64,000 nt of DNA, taken from Verrucomicrobiota bacterium (GTDB taxonomy: Bacteria > Verrucomicrobiota > Verrucomicrobiia > Verrucomicrobiales > DEV007). The stretch lies in the NCBI GenBank assembly GCA_045046875.1, contig JASFYY010000037.1, forward strand, positions 96,509 through 160,508, given 5' to 3'. The notes beneath the pieces are model-generated. The model had not been told where the DNA came from and made no database searches. It saw only the letters and a list, made by a program, of their open reading frames with translations. This document shows positions 41,685 to 51,825 of this stretch, piece after piece. Each line of letters opens with the position of its first letter. Position 1 is the stretch's first letter. Position numbers and translations under genes: made by a program.

Positions 41685-41741
41685 GATATCGTTATTTTCT
41701 TGAGTGAAAAAAGCCCCTTCGAAAGCAGCTTGAACAGATGC

Positions 41742-42662
41742 CTATTTAGCAGAAATTTTCAAGACCTGTCCCACTTGCAACAACTCAGGTCTGTCCAATT
41801 TGTTCAATGACATCAAGGTAGAATAACCAACCCCGGTCTTGCGGGCAATCGAATACAAATTATCACCCGATTTCACCGTGTAAGTCCCCCCCTTGTTCGA
41901 CGAAGGAACCGTATTTTTCTTTTTCACCACTACAGGTTTGGCCACGATTGCCTTCACCGGCTTACTTACCTTGGCTACATGTCCCACTTTGGGAGCCGTC
42001 TTTGTCGCTGAACTCCCGACCGGCTTTGCCTTCAGCACTTGTTTAGGCGCAGCAAAGTTATCCTTATTCACCGCATCCTTGCCATTGCCCACAACTAAAT
42101 CCTTTTTCTCAGGAACTGTCAGCCATTTGCCCGCGTAAAGTTTGTCCCCCGTATGCAGATCATTCAAACGCCTCAACTCAGCCACACTCACCCCCTGGTC
42201 ACGGGCGATACTCACCAAAGTCTCCCCATCGGAAACCCGGTAAACCGACATGCCCTGACGCGATGGGTCCGCTACGATCACAGGATTCCTGCGCTCCACT
42301 TTCAACGGCTCTTTCACCGCCTGTTTGACCGGAGCGGCATTAACTGATACCGCCAATTCCTTGGCTGCTGATTTTTTCGATTTTTCATCCAGCTGTTTGT
42401 CATCGATCCCACTGGTATCGGTTATAGCCGCTGGTGACGAAGCTTTTTCGATCATTTTGAACGCTAGAATTCCACCCACTGCAACCAAATGCAAAATCAA
42501 AACAATGGTGAAAACCCGGGTCAACTTCACTTCGGCTCCATCGAGGTACCATTCGGGTTCATCGCTCACATGCGCCGGCAAGCGCTGGGTTCCTTTAAAC
42601 AAAGATCCCATCAGTCCGCGACTTGTTGATCCTCCTCTTTTTCTTCTCTTTGTTTTTTTCAT
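41742..42662 (-). CDS. Membrane-anchored protein with two LysM domains
   Basis: TM; YRVSDGETLVSIA and YTVKSGDNLYSIA LysM repeats. Confidence 0.9.
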   Translation of the reverse strand: MKKTKRRKRGGSTSRGLMGSLFKGTQRLPAHVSDEPEWYLDGAEVKLTRVFTIVLILHLVAVGGILAFKMIEKASSPAAITDTSGIDDKQLDEKSKKSAAKELAVSVNAAPVKQAVKEPLKVERRNPVIVADPSRQGMSVYRVSDGETLVSIARDQGVSVAELRRLNDLHTGDKLYAGKWLTVPEKKDLVVGNGKDAVNKDNFAAPKQVLKAKPVGSSATKTAPKVGHVAKVSKPVKAIVAKPVVVKKKNTVPSSNKGGTYTVKSGDNLYSIARKTGVGYSTLMSLNKLDRPELLQVGQVLKISAK

Positions 42663-43996
42663 ACTTGTTCTCCTATTTGGGGTTTGATCTGTTTGACAAA
42701 ATCCTTAAAACACTCACCGCGCTCAACGTAACCACTGAACATATCGAAGGACGAAGTACCCGGCGAAAACAGCACCACCTGCCCGCTTTTTGCTGCTTTA
42801 AAAGCACTCTCAACTGCCTGCTGCAGAGAATCTGCTTTTTGACAAGGCACCCGGTCTTGCCACACAGCTAAGATCGAATCCGCCACTTCTCCAATAGCCA
42901 AGACCTGATCCACATGAGCCGTGACCCGCTCCGTGATCTCGCTATAATCCAAGCCCTTGTTCTTGCCTCCTACAATCAGCACCACTTTTTCATCCTGACC
43001 ACGCAACGAGCTCTCCAAAGCATGCAAATTGGTCGCCTTGGAGTCATTGACAAAAACCACCCCGTCGATTTCAGCCACCTTTTCACAGCGGTGGGCCGGC
43101 GCTTCATATTCCAACAAAGCGTCGTTCATATCCTCAAAAGCAATGCCCAGAGCATGCGCTGCCGCCATCGCCGCCATCATATTTTCAGCATTGTGACGCC
43201 CGTGCAATTTGCCCGACGTAAAATCCACCAGCGCCTTGCCGTGATAAAAAATTTCCCCCGCCTCATAAGTAAAGTCCGCCTGCGCACCAAAAGCGCTGAA
43301 ACGAACCGTCTGCGCGACAATCCCCTCCGGCACATCTTCCGCATTCACAATAGCCGTATCATGCGGGTTTTGATTTTCAAAAATCCGCAACTTGGCCCGA
43401 CGGTATTCATCCAGCGAGTGGTAACGATCCATGTGATCCGGAGCAAAATTCATCCACACACTCACCTGCGGACAAAAACGATCGATCTCTTCCAATTGAA
43501 AAGAGCTGACCTCCAATACCACCACATCCCAGGCATCCTCCAAAGCCACCTCCGAATAAGCCTTGCCATAATTACCCGCTGCCACCGCCCGCTTGCCATT
43601 TGCATTCAACAGATGCGTTAGCAGCTCAGTGGTAGTGGTCTTGCCGTTGGTTCCCGTGATCGCCACCACCGGACGCTCGTCGCGTTGAAACGCAAACTCG
43701 ATTTCACTGATCATCGACGCCCCCGTTGCGAGGAAACTTTTCACCAAGTCCGTCTCCCGGTCAATGCCCGGACTCACCACAATCAAATCAACATCCTCAG
43801 GTGCCTTCAAAGCCTCCGAGCCACAACACATTTCAATACCAACCACTCGCAAATCCTCTCGAGTATCAAAAAAACGCTCCGCCTCGGCAGTGTCAAAAAT
43901 ACATACCAAAGCCCCGCCGGCCAAAGCCAGACGTGCGGCGGCGATGCCACTCGCACCCCCTCCCAACACAGCTATTTTTTTGCCTTGGTCTTTCAT
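42659..43996 (-). CDS. murD: UDP-MurNAc-L-Ala--D-Glu ligase
   Basis: VVSPG, GTNGKTTT, EVSSFQL, DHMDRY, NDSKATN. Confidence 0.97.
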   Translation of the reverse strand: MKDQGKKIAVLGGGASGIAAARLALAGGALVCIFDTAEAERFFDTREDLRVVGIEMCCGSEALKAPEDVDLIVVSPGIDRETDLVKSFLATGASMISEIEFAFQRDERPVVAITGTNGKTTTTELLTHLLNANGKRAVAAGNYGKAYSEVALEDAWDVVVLEVSSFQLEEIDRFCPQVSVWMNFAPDHMDRYHSLDEYRRAKLRIFENQNPHDTAIVNAEDVPEGIVAQTVRFSAFGAQADFTYEAGEIFYHGKALVDFTSGKLHGRHNAENMMAAMAAAHALGIAFEDMNDALLEYEAPAHRCEKVAEIDGVVFVNDSKATNLHALESSLRGQDEKVVLIVGGKNKGLDYSEITERVTAHVDQVLAIGEVADSILAVWQDRVPCQKADSLQQAVESAFKAAKSGQVVLFSPGTSSFDMFSGYVERGECFKDFVKQIKPQIGEQV

Positions 43997-43997
43997 T

Positions 43998-45098
43998 TTA
44001 ACGAATCTTCAAAGTCATCAAACCCAACAATGCAAACATGATCGAAATAATCCAAAACCGAGCGATCACTTTACTCTCCTTCCACCCCATCAGCTCAAAG
44101 TGATGATGAATCGGAGCCATCCTGAAAATACGCTTGCCGGTGAGCTTGAAGCTCAACACCTGCAAAATGACCGATACCGCTTCCAATACAAACACCCCGC
44201 CTACGATCACCAACAAAATTTCCTGCTTGGCACAAATCGCGATCATCGCCAGCAAACCTCCAATCGCCAGTGAACCGGTATCCCCCATGAAAACTTGCGC
44301 CGGGTGGCAGTTGAACCACATAAAACCCAGACCCGCGCCCACCATCGCCGCACAAATAATCGTCAACTCACCCACCAGAGCCTGATGCGGCAACAGCAAA
44401 TAATTCGCCGCCACGGCATGCCCGGTCACATAAGTGAACAACGCATATGCCATCGCCGATGACAGCATGCAACCTGTCGCCAAACCATCCAGACCATCCG
44501 TCAAATTCACCGCATTGGAACTCCCAATAATAACCACCGCCATGAACAAATAAGCGAACCAGCCCATATCATTGATCACCGGTTCTTTGAAAAACGGTAC
44601 ATACAGTTGTTTCATGTGCTCCGCCGTCTCAGGATGCACCGAGAGGAAATGAATCGCAGCCACCGCTACCAAAAACTGCACCAACAGCTTCACTTTGCCA
44701 TGCACCCCCTCTGACGTTTTTTTGGTGACTTTCAAATAATCATCGACAAAACCCAAAGTTCCCAAAGCAGCACCGACAAACAGCACCGCCCAGATCATCG
44801 GATTATCGAGCCGCGCCCACAACAAAGTCGAAACAATCACCGACCCAATCAGCAACACCCCTCCCATCGTTGGTGTGCCCCCCTTGCCACCGTGCAATTC
44901 CGCCAATTTATGCACCTCGCTGGCTTGACGGATGGGTTGACCTGCTTTCAAAGAGATCAGTTTCAAAATCACCCGGTTTCCCAACAACAGGCACAACAGA
45001 AAAGCCAGCATACAAGCTCCCGCTACACGGAAAGTCTGCGACTCAAAAAGCCTCAGCGCCGAGAAATGCTCACTCCATTCATGCAAATAATACAACAT
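43998..45098 (-). CDS. mraY: Phospho-MurNAc-pentapeptide transferase
   Basis: TPTMGG, NAVNLTDGLDGL, FMGDTG, APIHHHFE. Confidence 0.97.
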   Translation of the reverse strand: MLYYLHEWSEHFSALRLFESQTFRVAGACMLAFLLCLLLGNRVILKLISLKAGQPIRQASEVHKLAELHGGKGGTPTMGGVLLIGSVIVSTLLWARLDNPMIWAVLFVGAALGTLGFVDDYLKVTKKTSEGVHGKVKLLVQFLVAVAAIHFLSVHPETAEHMKQLYVPFFKEPVINDMGWFAYLFMAVVIIGSSNAVNLTDGLDGLATGCMLSSAMAYALFTYVTGHAVAANYLLLPHQALVGELTIICAAMVGAGLGFMWFNCHPAQVFMGDTGSLAIGGLLAMIAICAKQEILLVIVGGVFVLEAVSVILQVLSFKLTGKRIFRMAPIHHHFELMGWKESKVIARFWIISIMFALLGLMTLKIR

Positions 45099-45105
45099 CC
45101 GTTTT

Positions 45106-46473
45106 TCAGTCGTTTAAAATTTTGATCACTTTTTCCATTCCCGCAGAACGGCTGCCTTTAACCAACAAAAGATCGCCCGCACTCAGGTTCTGCTGCAAAA
45201 ACAGCCCGGCCTGGTCACAATCCGCAAATTTCTTCACCTCCACTTTTCCCTCCAGCGACTCAGCCATCAAAGCAGGCAAATCCCCCACCGTCACCAACAA
45301 CACAACCCCTGCCCGCGCCACCTCCTTCGCCAAAGCACGGTGCTCACTCTCCGCATGCTCACCCAGTTCCGCCATCACCCCCAGGGCCGCACAACGCCGT
45401 CCCTCACACGGCAAAGTTGCCAGAGTTTGCAAGGCCGCCACCATCGAATCCGGATTGGCATTATAACTGTCGTCCAAAACTTCAACGCCATTTATCTGCC
45501 GTTGCTGCAATCGCCCACCCGTCAATTTTGCATCAGCAAGCCCTGTGGCAACATCCGACCAATCCACTGCCATCACCCTGGCCACCGCAGCAGCCAACAA
45601 AGCATTCACCACCATGTGACGCCCGGGCACATCAATCTGCACATCACAGCATTTGCCATCGCCATCGACGATCTCAAATCGAGTGCCACTTGCCGTTTCA
45701 ACTAAATTCTCAGCACGCAAGTCACCACAAGCGATTCCCACCGTCATCAGCGTCGCTCGACTACGTGCGGCAATGCTTGGGGTAAAAGCATCGGCCTCCG
45801 GCATGATCAAAAACCCATGCCCGGGCAAACTCTCCGCCAGCATGCCCTTCTCTTCAGCGATCGCTTCCCTCGATTTCATGTGCTCCAAATGAGCCACCCC
45901 CACGTTAGTGATCACTCCGATATCCGGCCCGGCGATCTGCGCCAACAGCTCGATTTCACCTGGATGACTCATCCCCATTTCCCACACCCCTACCCGGTCA
46001 GCGGCTGCCGTCGACAACACCGTCAACGGCAGGCCAATGTGATTATTCAAATTCCCCGCAGTCGAGCTGACCTCATGGACTTGCTGCAAAATCGACTTGA
46101 TAAAATCCTTGGTGCTGGTTTTCCCATTGCTACCCGTCACCCCCACCACTTGAAAATCACTCAAACTCTGACGATACTTCCTCGCCCATTGCTGCAGCGC
46201 CACCAGCGTATCCTTGACATGAATCACTGCTCCCGCCAGCTGCTCAGTATCAGCCGTCAACTGACTCATCAGAACTCCACTCGCTCCGTTCTGCTGCGCC
46301 TGCACCACAAAGTCATGCCCTTCAAAACTCTCCCCCGTCAAAGCCACGTAAAGATCCCCCGACGCCAACGCACGCGTATCCTTGGAAACCCCTGTCACCA
46401 AATCAGCAGGCCGCCCCTGAATCAAAATCCCGCCGCACATTGCCGCGATGTCACCTAAGGACAAAGGTCTCAT
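45106..46473 (-). CDS. murF: UDP-MurNAc-tripeptide--D-Ala-D-Ala ligase
   Basis: GSNGKTSTK, NNHIGLP, DDSYNANP, VKGSR. Confidence 0.96.
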   Translation of the reverse strand: MRPLSLGDIAAMCGGILIQGRPADLVTGVSKDTRALASGDLYVALTGESFEGHDFVVQAQQNGASGVLMSQLTADTEQLAGAVIHVKDTLVALQQWARKYRQSLSDFQVVGVTGSNGKTSTKDFIKSILQQVHEVSSTAGNLNNHIGLPLTVLSTAAADRVGVWEMGMSHPGEIELLAQIAGPDIGVITNVGVAHLEHMKSREAIAEEKGMLAESLPGHGFLIMPEADAFTPSIAARSRATLMTVGIACGDLRAENLVETASGTRFEIVDGDGKCCDVQIDVPGRHMVVNALLAAAVARVMAVDWSDVATGLADAKLTGGRLQQRQINGVEVLDDSYNANPDSMVAALQTLATLPCEGRRCAALGVMAELGEHAESEHRALAKEVARAGVVLLVTVGDLPALMAESLEGKVEVKKFADCDQAGLFLQQNLSAGDLLLVKGSRSAGMEKVIKILND

Positions 46474-48062
46474 TCTCCATCCCTCCTCTCTTCATCAAAC
46501 TTTCCGCTCTCGAACTCTTCTTCCGCCAGACGCTCCTCTTCCAAACGCTCCTGCTCGATTTCCTCCGCGCGCTCCTCCACCGTTGCCGCAATGTAGTTCC
46601 GCGCCATCTTCCTATCATCAAAGTCATGCCTCACCCCGTCGATTTCCTGATAGTCCTCGTGTCCCTTGCCCGCGATCAAAACAATATCCCGCGCTCCAGC
46701 CATATCAATAGCCGCACGAATCGCCTTGCGCCGGTCGACGATCACCTGATGCCGTCCTCGCTTCATTCCCGCCACCACCTGCTCAATGATATCTTCCGGA
46801 TTCTCACTGCGCGGATTGTCCGAAGTGACAATAGCCAGATCGCTCAACTCCGCCACCGCTTGCCCCATCTTGGGCCGCTTGTCACGATCACGATCCCCAC
46901 CGCAGCCAAACACCGTAATGATACGCTCAGGCTGCAAGTCCTTCAAAGTAAGCAAAGCCTTCTCGATCGCATCCGGAGTGTGTGCGTAGTCCACATACAC
47001 CCGGAAATTCGTCTGCCGACCGCCCACCGATTCCAAACGTCCGGGGATCTGCGGTGCATTGGCTAGATTGGCAACCGCCTCGCGAAGATTTAAATTCAAA
47101 CCCTGGGCGGCCGCCAGAGCCGCCAGAGTATTATAAACATTAAAACTGCCAATCAAAGGTGTGCGCACCAACATCGAGCGCCCCTTCATCTCCAGTTGAA
47201 AAACCGTGCCATCCAGATTGGAGCGAATATTCGAAGCTCGAAAATCACAAGCCGCCCCCATTCCATAAGTAATCACTTCCAACTTGGGGAAACCGATATC
47301 CACCAGGCGTTTGCCAAAACTGTCGTCAGCATTCACCACCATCACCGCTTGCTCACCCGGCAAATTCGAACGCCGCTGCTGGCTCATCAAATCAAACAAA
47401 GCCTTTTTCGCCTTGAAGTAGGATTCCATGTCACCATGATAATCCATGTGATCCTGGCTTAGATTAGTGAACACCCCCACCGCATAACGCACCCCGTCCA
47501 CCCGGTGTTGAACCAAACCATGCGACGAAACTTCCATCACCGCTCCGCGACACTGCTCTTCCATCATCTGCGCCAACAAGCTCTGAATCTCCACCGATTC
47601 CGGTGTGGTATGCGAAGCCGTCAACCACTGCACCCCCGTCTCCACCCCGGTCGTGCCAATCAATCCACAACGACGCCAGACACTCTTCATCAAGTGATGC
47701 AATAAATAAGCCGTGGTGGTTTTGCCGTTGGTTCCGGTGATCCCAACCACGGACAGATCTGCCGAAGGCTCTCCGTAAAACACATCCGCTGCCAAAGCCA
47801 TCGCCACCCGCCCATCCTGCACCTGCACCCACGGCACCACCGCATCCGGTGGAGGTGGATCCTCTGCCATCACCGCCACCGCTCCCGCTGCGATCGCTTT
47901 GTCGATATACAAATGCCCGTCCACATCCTCACCCCTTAAAGCCACAAACAACTGCCCGGCACCAACCTTACGGGAATCATAAGCAATCCCTGTGATATCC
48001 GTTTCCAGCACACCACTGGTGCTCTTGACAAACAAATCTTCTATTAATTCCTTAAGCTGCAT
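46470..48062 (-). CDS. murE: UDP-MurNAc-dipeptide--DAP ligase
   Basis: GTNGKTT, MEVSSH, DYAHTPD, DNPR (meso-DAP specificity), GKGHE. Confidence 0.97.
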   Translation of the reverse strand: MQLKELIEDLFVKSTSGVLETDITGIAYDSRKVGAGQLFVALRGEDVDGHLYIDKAIAAGAVAVMAEDPPPPDAVVPWVQVQDGRVAMALAADVFYGEPSADLSVVGITGTNGKTTTAYLLHHLMKSVWRRCGLIGTTGVETGVQWLTASHTTPESVEIQSLLAQMMEEQCRGAVMEVSSHGLVQHRVDGVRYAVGVFTNLSQDHMDYHGDMESYFKAKKALFDLMSQQRRSNLPGEQAVMVVNADDSFGKRLVDIGFPKLEVITYGMGAACDFRASNIRSNLDGTVFQLEMKGRSMLVRTPLIGSFNVYNTLAALAAAQGLNLNLREAVANLANAPQIPGRLESVGGRQTNFRVYVDYAHTPDAIEKALLTLKDLQPERIITVFGCGGDRDRDKRPKMGQAVAELSDLAIVTSDNPRSENPEDIIEQVVAGMKRGRHQVIVDRRKAIRAAIDMAGARDIVLIAGKGHEDYQEIDGVRHDFDDRKMARNYIAATVEERAEEIEQERLEEERLAEEEFESGKFDEERRDGE

Positions 48063-48073
48063 CTTTCTAAAAT

Positions 48074-49924
48074 TTATTCCCCTTTTGTATCAGACGACAC
48101 CAAGTCGGTCTTAGTCATCGTTGGAGGGATATTCAAATAAGTCACCGTCTCCTTCGCCAATTTGGCAAAAATCGGAGCCGCAATCGTTCCACCATAAAGT
48201 TTGATCCCGGTAGCGTGGGGGTCATCGACCATCACCAAAGCCGTGAATTGTGGATTCTCAGCTGGCAAAAATCCCATGAACGAAACCACATACTGCCCCG
48301 GCAGATAGCCCTTGCCCCCGGGAGCCGCTTTACGTGCCGTGCCCGTTTTTCCCCCCACCGAATAACCTTCCACCTTGGCTCTTCTGGCCGTGCCCTTGTC
48401 CGAGACCACTTTCACCATCGCATCCCTCATCTGCTGAGCTGTTTTTTCACTGATCACCCGCCTCAACACCTGGGGCTTGAACTCCTCAACCGTGCGCCCG
48501 TTGTGATCCTTTATCCTCCTGACCAGCATCGGTTTCATCAACTCGCCGCCATTGGCCACCACCCCCAATGCCGTCGCCATCTGTATCGGAGTGACTCCTA
48601 CCTCGTAACCACGCGACATACTGGCAAACGAAGGCCGGCTCCATCTCTCCGGAGGAAAAATACGCCCGGAAATCTCTCCGGTTAAAGTGATTTCAGTCTT
48701 TCTCCCAAAACCATATTTCTGCATATATTCAAAAAATGATTTTTTGCCCACCATTCTCGCAATTTTGTAAATCGCAATATTGCTCGACTTCATAAACGAA
48801 TCCTCAACACTCATCGTCCCGTAAGGGTGGTGATCATTGACCTGCAAACCTCCGCTATTATAAGACCCCCATTCGCAATGAATCGGCGTATGCGGGCTCA
48901 CCACTCTTTTCTCCAACGCCGCCGATAGAGCGACCATTTTAAAGGTCGACCCCGGTTCATACATGTCAGAAATAGCGATATTCTTACGTTGGCCCTCACG
49001 CGTGCTCAGATCAAAATGAGGACGGCTCGCCATCGCCAATACCGCTCCGCTGAACGGATCCATGATCACTGCTGTCATTTTTTCCGGAGTGTATAACTTC
49101 CACGCCTCCTCCACCACTTGCTCCAAACGTGTCTGCAAACCCATGTCAATCGTCAACTCGACATCCAAACCATTGCGTGGTTCCACCGTTTCACGGCGAA
49201 ATGCCAGGATCTCCCGCCCGCGACGGTCACGCTCGATATTACGATAACCGTCCTCGCCCTTCATCTGGTCATCAAAAGCCTTTTCCAGCCCTTCTTTCCC
49301 ATCCCCCTTCTCATTCACATAACCAATGACATGAGTCAGCACATGGGGGCTCGGATAAAAACGGCGTGAACTTGTTTTAAAATAAATCCCGCCCACTCTC
49401 TCACTTGTCATAACGTCAGCAATGCGCTGACGCTCATCTTCCTCCAAGCCCTTCAACAAGATCACCTCCCCTTGCTCTTTCGACCGCAACAATTGGCTCA
49501 TTTCTCTCCGCGATATCCCCAAAGGATCCGCCATCACCGAAACCAAACGCTGCAGGTACTTCTCCGTGACCTGCTCCGGAGAATACTTTTTCCGTAAGGC
49601 CCGTGGCCCCATCCCCTCCGCTTTGGCGATCCCCATGATCCCGGTGGTGTGGGAACGCAAATGGTAAGCGTCGGCATACAAAGTGTAAACCGTCTGGCTG
49701 CGTGCCAGCAATTCCCCATTGCGATCCGTGATCACTCCACGCGAAGCCGGCAATTTCTGTTGGCGCACATAAGCGCGTTCGGCGATTTCCGAATAGTGCT
49801 TGTGCTGAACCATCTGCACATACACCAGACGAAACGACAACACACTGAACAACACCGTCATGCCCGCACACACCAGAGCCATTCTGGTTCGCAATCCGGA
49901 GCTATTTGTTGTTGTAGTTTTCAC
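48074..49924 (-). CDS. ftsI: Class B penicillin-binding protein (FtsI)
   Basis: STFK (SxxK), SSN (SxN), KTG; dcw position. Confidence 0.92.
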   Translation of the reverse strand: MKTTTTNSSGLRTRMALVCAGMTVLFSVLSFRLVYVQMVQHKHYSEIAERAYVRQQKLPASRGVITDRNGELLARSQTVYTLYADAYHLRSHTTGIMGIAKAEGMGPRALRKKYSPEQVTEKYLQRLVSVMADPLGISRREMSQLLRSKEQGEVILLKGLEEDERQRIADVMTSERVGGIYFKTSSRRFYPSPHVLTHVIGYVNEKGDGKEGLEKAFDDQMKGEDGYRNIERDRRGREILAFRRETVEPRNGLDVELTIDMGLQTRLEQVVEEAWKLYTPEKMTAVIMDPFSGAVLAMASRPHFDLSTREGQRKNIAISDMYEPGSTFKMVALSAALEKRVVSPHTPIHCEWGSYNSGGLQVNDHHPYGTMSVEDSFMKSSNIAIYKIARMVGKKSFFEYMQKYGFGRKTEITLTGEISGRIFPPERWSRPSFASMSRGYEVGVTPIQMATALGVVANGGELMKPMLVRRIKDHNGRTVEEFKPQVLRRVISEKTAQQMRDAMVKVVSDKGTARRAKVEGYSVGGKTGTARKAAPGGKGYLPGQYVVSFMGFLPAENPQFTALVMVDDPHATGIKLYGGTIAAPIFAKLAKETVTYLNIPPTMTKTDLVSSDTKGE

Positions 49925-49951
49925 TTAATAATTAGTATAACACCCTGGCAG

Positions 49952-50293
49952 TCAGCGATTAGCCGCCATTGATGAAACCTTAACCTTCTCCCCCAGACGC
50001 AAAGCAACCACCTGGTTGGATTCGATCTCCCGCAACTCACTGTCATGGCGATACAACTCACGGGCCAACTCATTGCGATCCATCAATGCCGCGATCCTCA
50101 ACTCCAACAACTCAATCTCACGATCCTTGTTGCGAATCACATTTTCGTAGTTCTGAATCTCATCCCCTTTCGCCACATGGCGATTGCGGATGTAAACAAA
50201 AGACGCTCCCAAAGCTCCGAAAACAGCGAGTAAAAATACCCAGCGAACCATCGAAGCTATCTGCAGACTGTTCTGATATTGATTATTTTGCAT
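49952..50293 (-). CDS. ftsL: FtsL-like cell division protein
   Basis: Single TM plus coiled coil, located between rsmH and ftsI. Confidence 0.65.
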   Translation of the reverse strand: MQNNQYQNSLQIASMVRWVFLLAVFGALGASFVYIRNRHVAKGDEIQNYENVIRNKDREIELLELRIAALMDRNELARELYRHDSELREIESNQVVALRLGEKVKVSSMAANR

Positions 50294-51416
50294 ATCTATT
50301 CTTGTTCTGTTTTGTCACACCTTCACTTCCCAGACGAACCGCAGCCCGCAACTTGGCACTGCGCGATCGCGCATTGCACTCCAGTTCATACGCCCCCGGC
50401 ACATAGGGTTTTTTCATCGGCAACGAAAAAAAACATTGAGGATTCACCTTCGGCTCCGGCCACTCCGGACGATCCAGCATCGCCAGACTGTGCTGACGTA
50501 AAAAGCGCTTCACCATCCGGTCCTCCAAAGAGTGAAACGAAATAATCGCCAAGCGCCCGCCCGGCTTGAGACAAACTATCGTTTTTTCCAAAGCCCGTTG
50601 CAAATGGCCCAACTCATCATTCACCGCGATGCGTAAAGCCTGGAATACCTTGGTCGCCGGATGACGCTTACCGCGCCTCGGAATCACCGACTCCACCAAG
50701 GCTGCCAGTTGTCCCGTCGTCTCGATCCGCGTTTCTTCACGCGCCTTCACAATCGCCCGCACCACCGCCCGCGCCGAACGCTCCTCGCCATACTCCCAAA
50801 AAATACGCCGCAGCTCGGCCTCGTCCTCCTCGTTCACCATCTGCTCAGCCGTCAAATCCGCCGTGGTATCCATCCGCATGTCCAGCGGCCCCTGCTTGGC
50901 AAACGAAAAACCCCGCGCGCCGTCATCCACATGTTTCGACGAAATCCCCAAATCGAGAATAATGCCATCCACCCCATTTGCCTCCCCCGCCTCAGCCAGC
51001 AAACGATCCATCTGATCATAGTTGCCATGATAAGCGCGAAACTGATCCCCATAAGCCGCCAAACGCTCGCGCGCGTACACCAAAGCCGCCGGATCGCGAT
51101 CACAGGCAATCACCCGTGCTCCCGCCTGCAACAAGCGCTCACTGTGCCCTCCACCCCCCAAGGTGCCATCAAAAATAACATCCCCCTCATTCACCGCCAA
51201 AACCTGCAACGACTCATCCGCCAGCACCGACACATGATAAGTCTCCGCCCGAGCCCCTCCCGCAGAAACCTGCCCTGCACGGCCTCCTCGCGCGTGCTCA
51301 CCCCCGCCCATCTCTCCCGTCACATTGCGCCCCCCTGCTTTCAGGCCAAAACCATCCAGAGAACGAACCGCAGATCGGCCGCCTTTTCCAAGATCAGACT
51401 GGATTGAAAAAACCAT
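50283..51416 (-). CDS. rsmH: 16S rRNA m4C1402 methyltransferase
   Basis: HVSVL, DGTLGGGGHS, DLGISS, PLDMRMD, FHSLEDR, SRSAKLR; start uncertain (Gly-rich leader). Confidence 0.95.
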   Translation of the reverse strand: MVFSIQSDLGKGGRSAVRSLDGFGLKAGGRNVTGEMGGGEHARGGRAGQVSAGGARAETYHVSVLADESLQVLAVNEGDVIFDGTLGGGGHSERLLQAGARVIACDRDPAALVYARERLAAYGDQFRAYHGNYDQMDRLLAEAGEANGVDGIILDLGISSKHVDDGARGFSFAKQGPLDMRMDTTADLTAEQMVNEEDEAELRRIFWEYGEERSARAVVRAIVKAREETRIETTGQLAALVESVIPRRGKRHPATKVFQALRIAVNDELGHLQRALEKTIVCLKPGGRLAIISFHSLEDRMVKRFLRQHSLAMLDRPEWPEPKVNPQCFFSLPMKKPYVPGAYELECNARSRSAKLRAAVRLGSEGVTKQNKNRYAK

Positions 51417-51625
51417 CGATGTATCAACGACTTAGCATCCGTTAATTCGTTTTATCAGAAAAAAACAGAGCATATTTGAATTTCCATAATTAGTTAAAGC
51501 ACAACGGGGCATATTATAATCTCCATACTCCTTTATAAGCAAGCCCAAAAACTAAAGAAACCTTAATAATTTCTCACTGACACACGGAAAAACCAATCCC
51601 TCCCGTCAGCTCCGTCAGGGCAACA

Positions 51626-51710
51626 GGCCCAAGGGGCCGACGCTATGTCAGCCCAGGGCATCGCCCTGGGAACTTGCAGTTTGAACCTCTTAGTCCCACG
51701 GGACGGCCCT
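51626..51710. repeat. Cluster of GC-rich REP-like hairpins
   Basis: GGCCC-aag-GGGCC, CCCAGGGC-atc-GCCCTGGG, GTCCC-ac-GGGAC. Confidence 0.6.
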
Positions 51711-51825
51711 ATCCATCGCAAAATGTAACCGCGCCCCTTACAAACAATTCACCTCAAAGCAAAACCGATTGCCCCGGATTTGCTTAATCTGGATTAGCCC
51801 TCCTTATCGTCGCGGCGATTTATCC

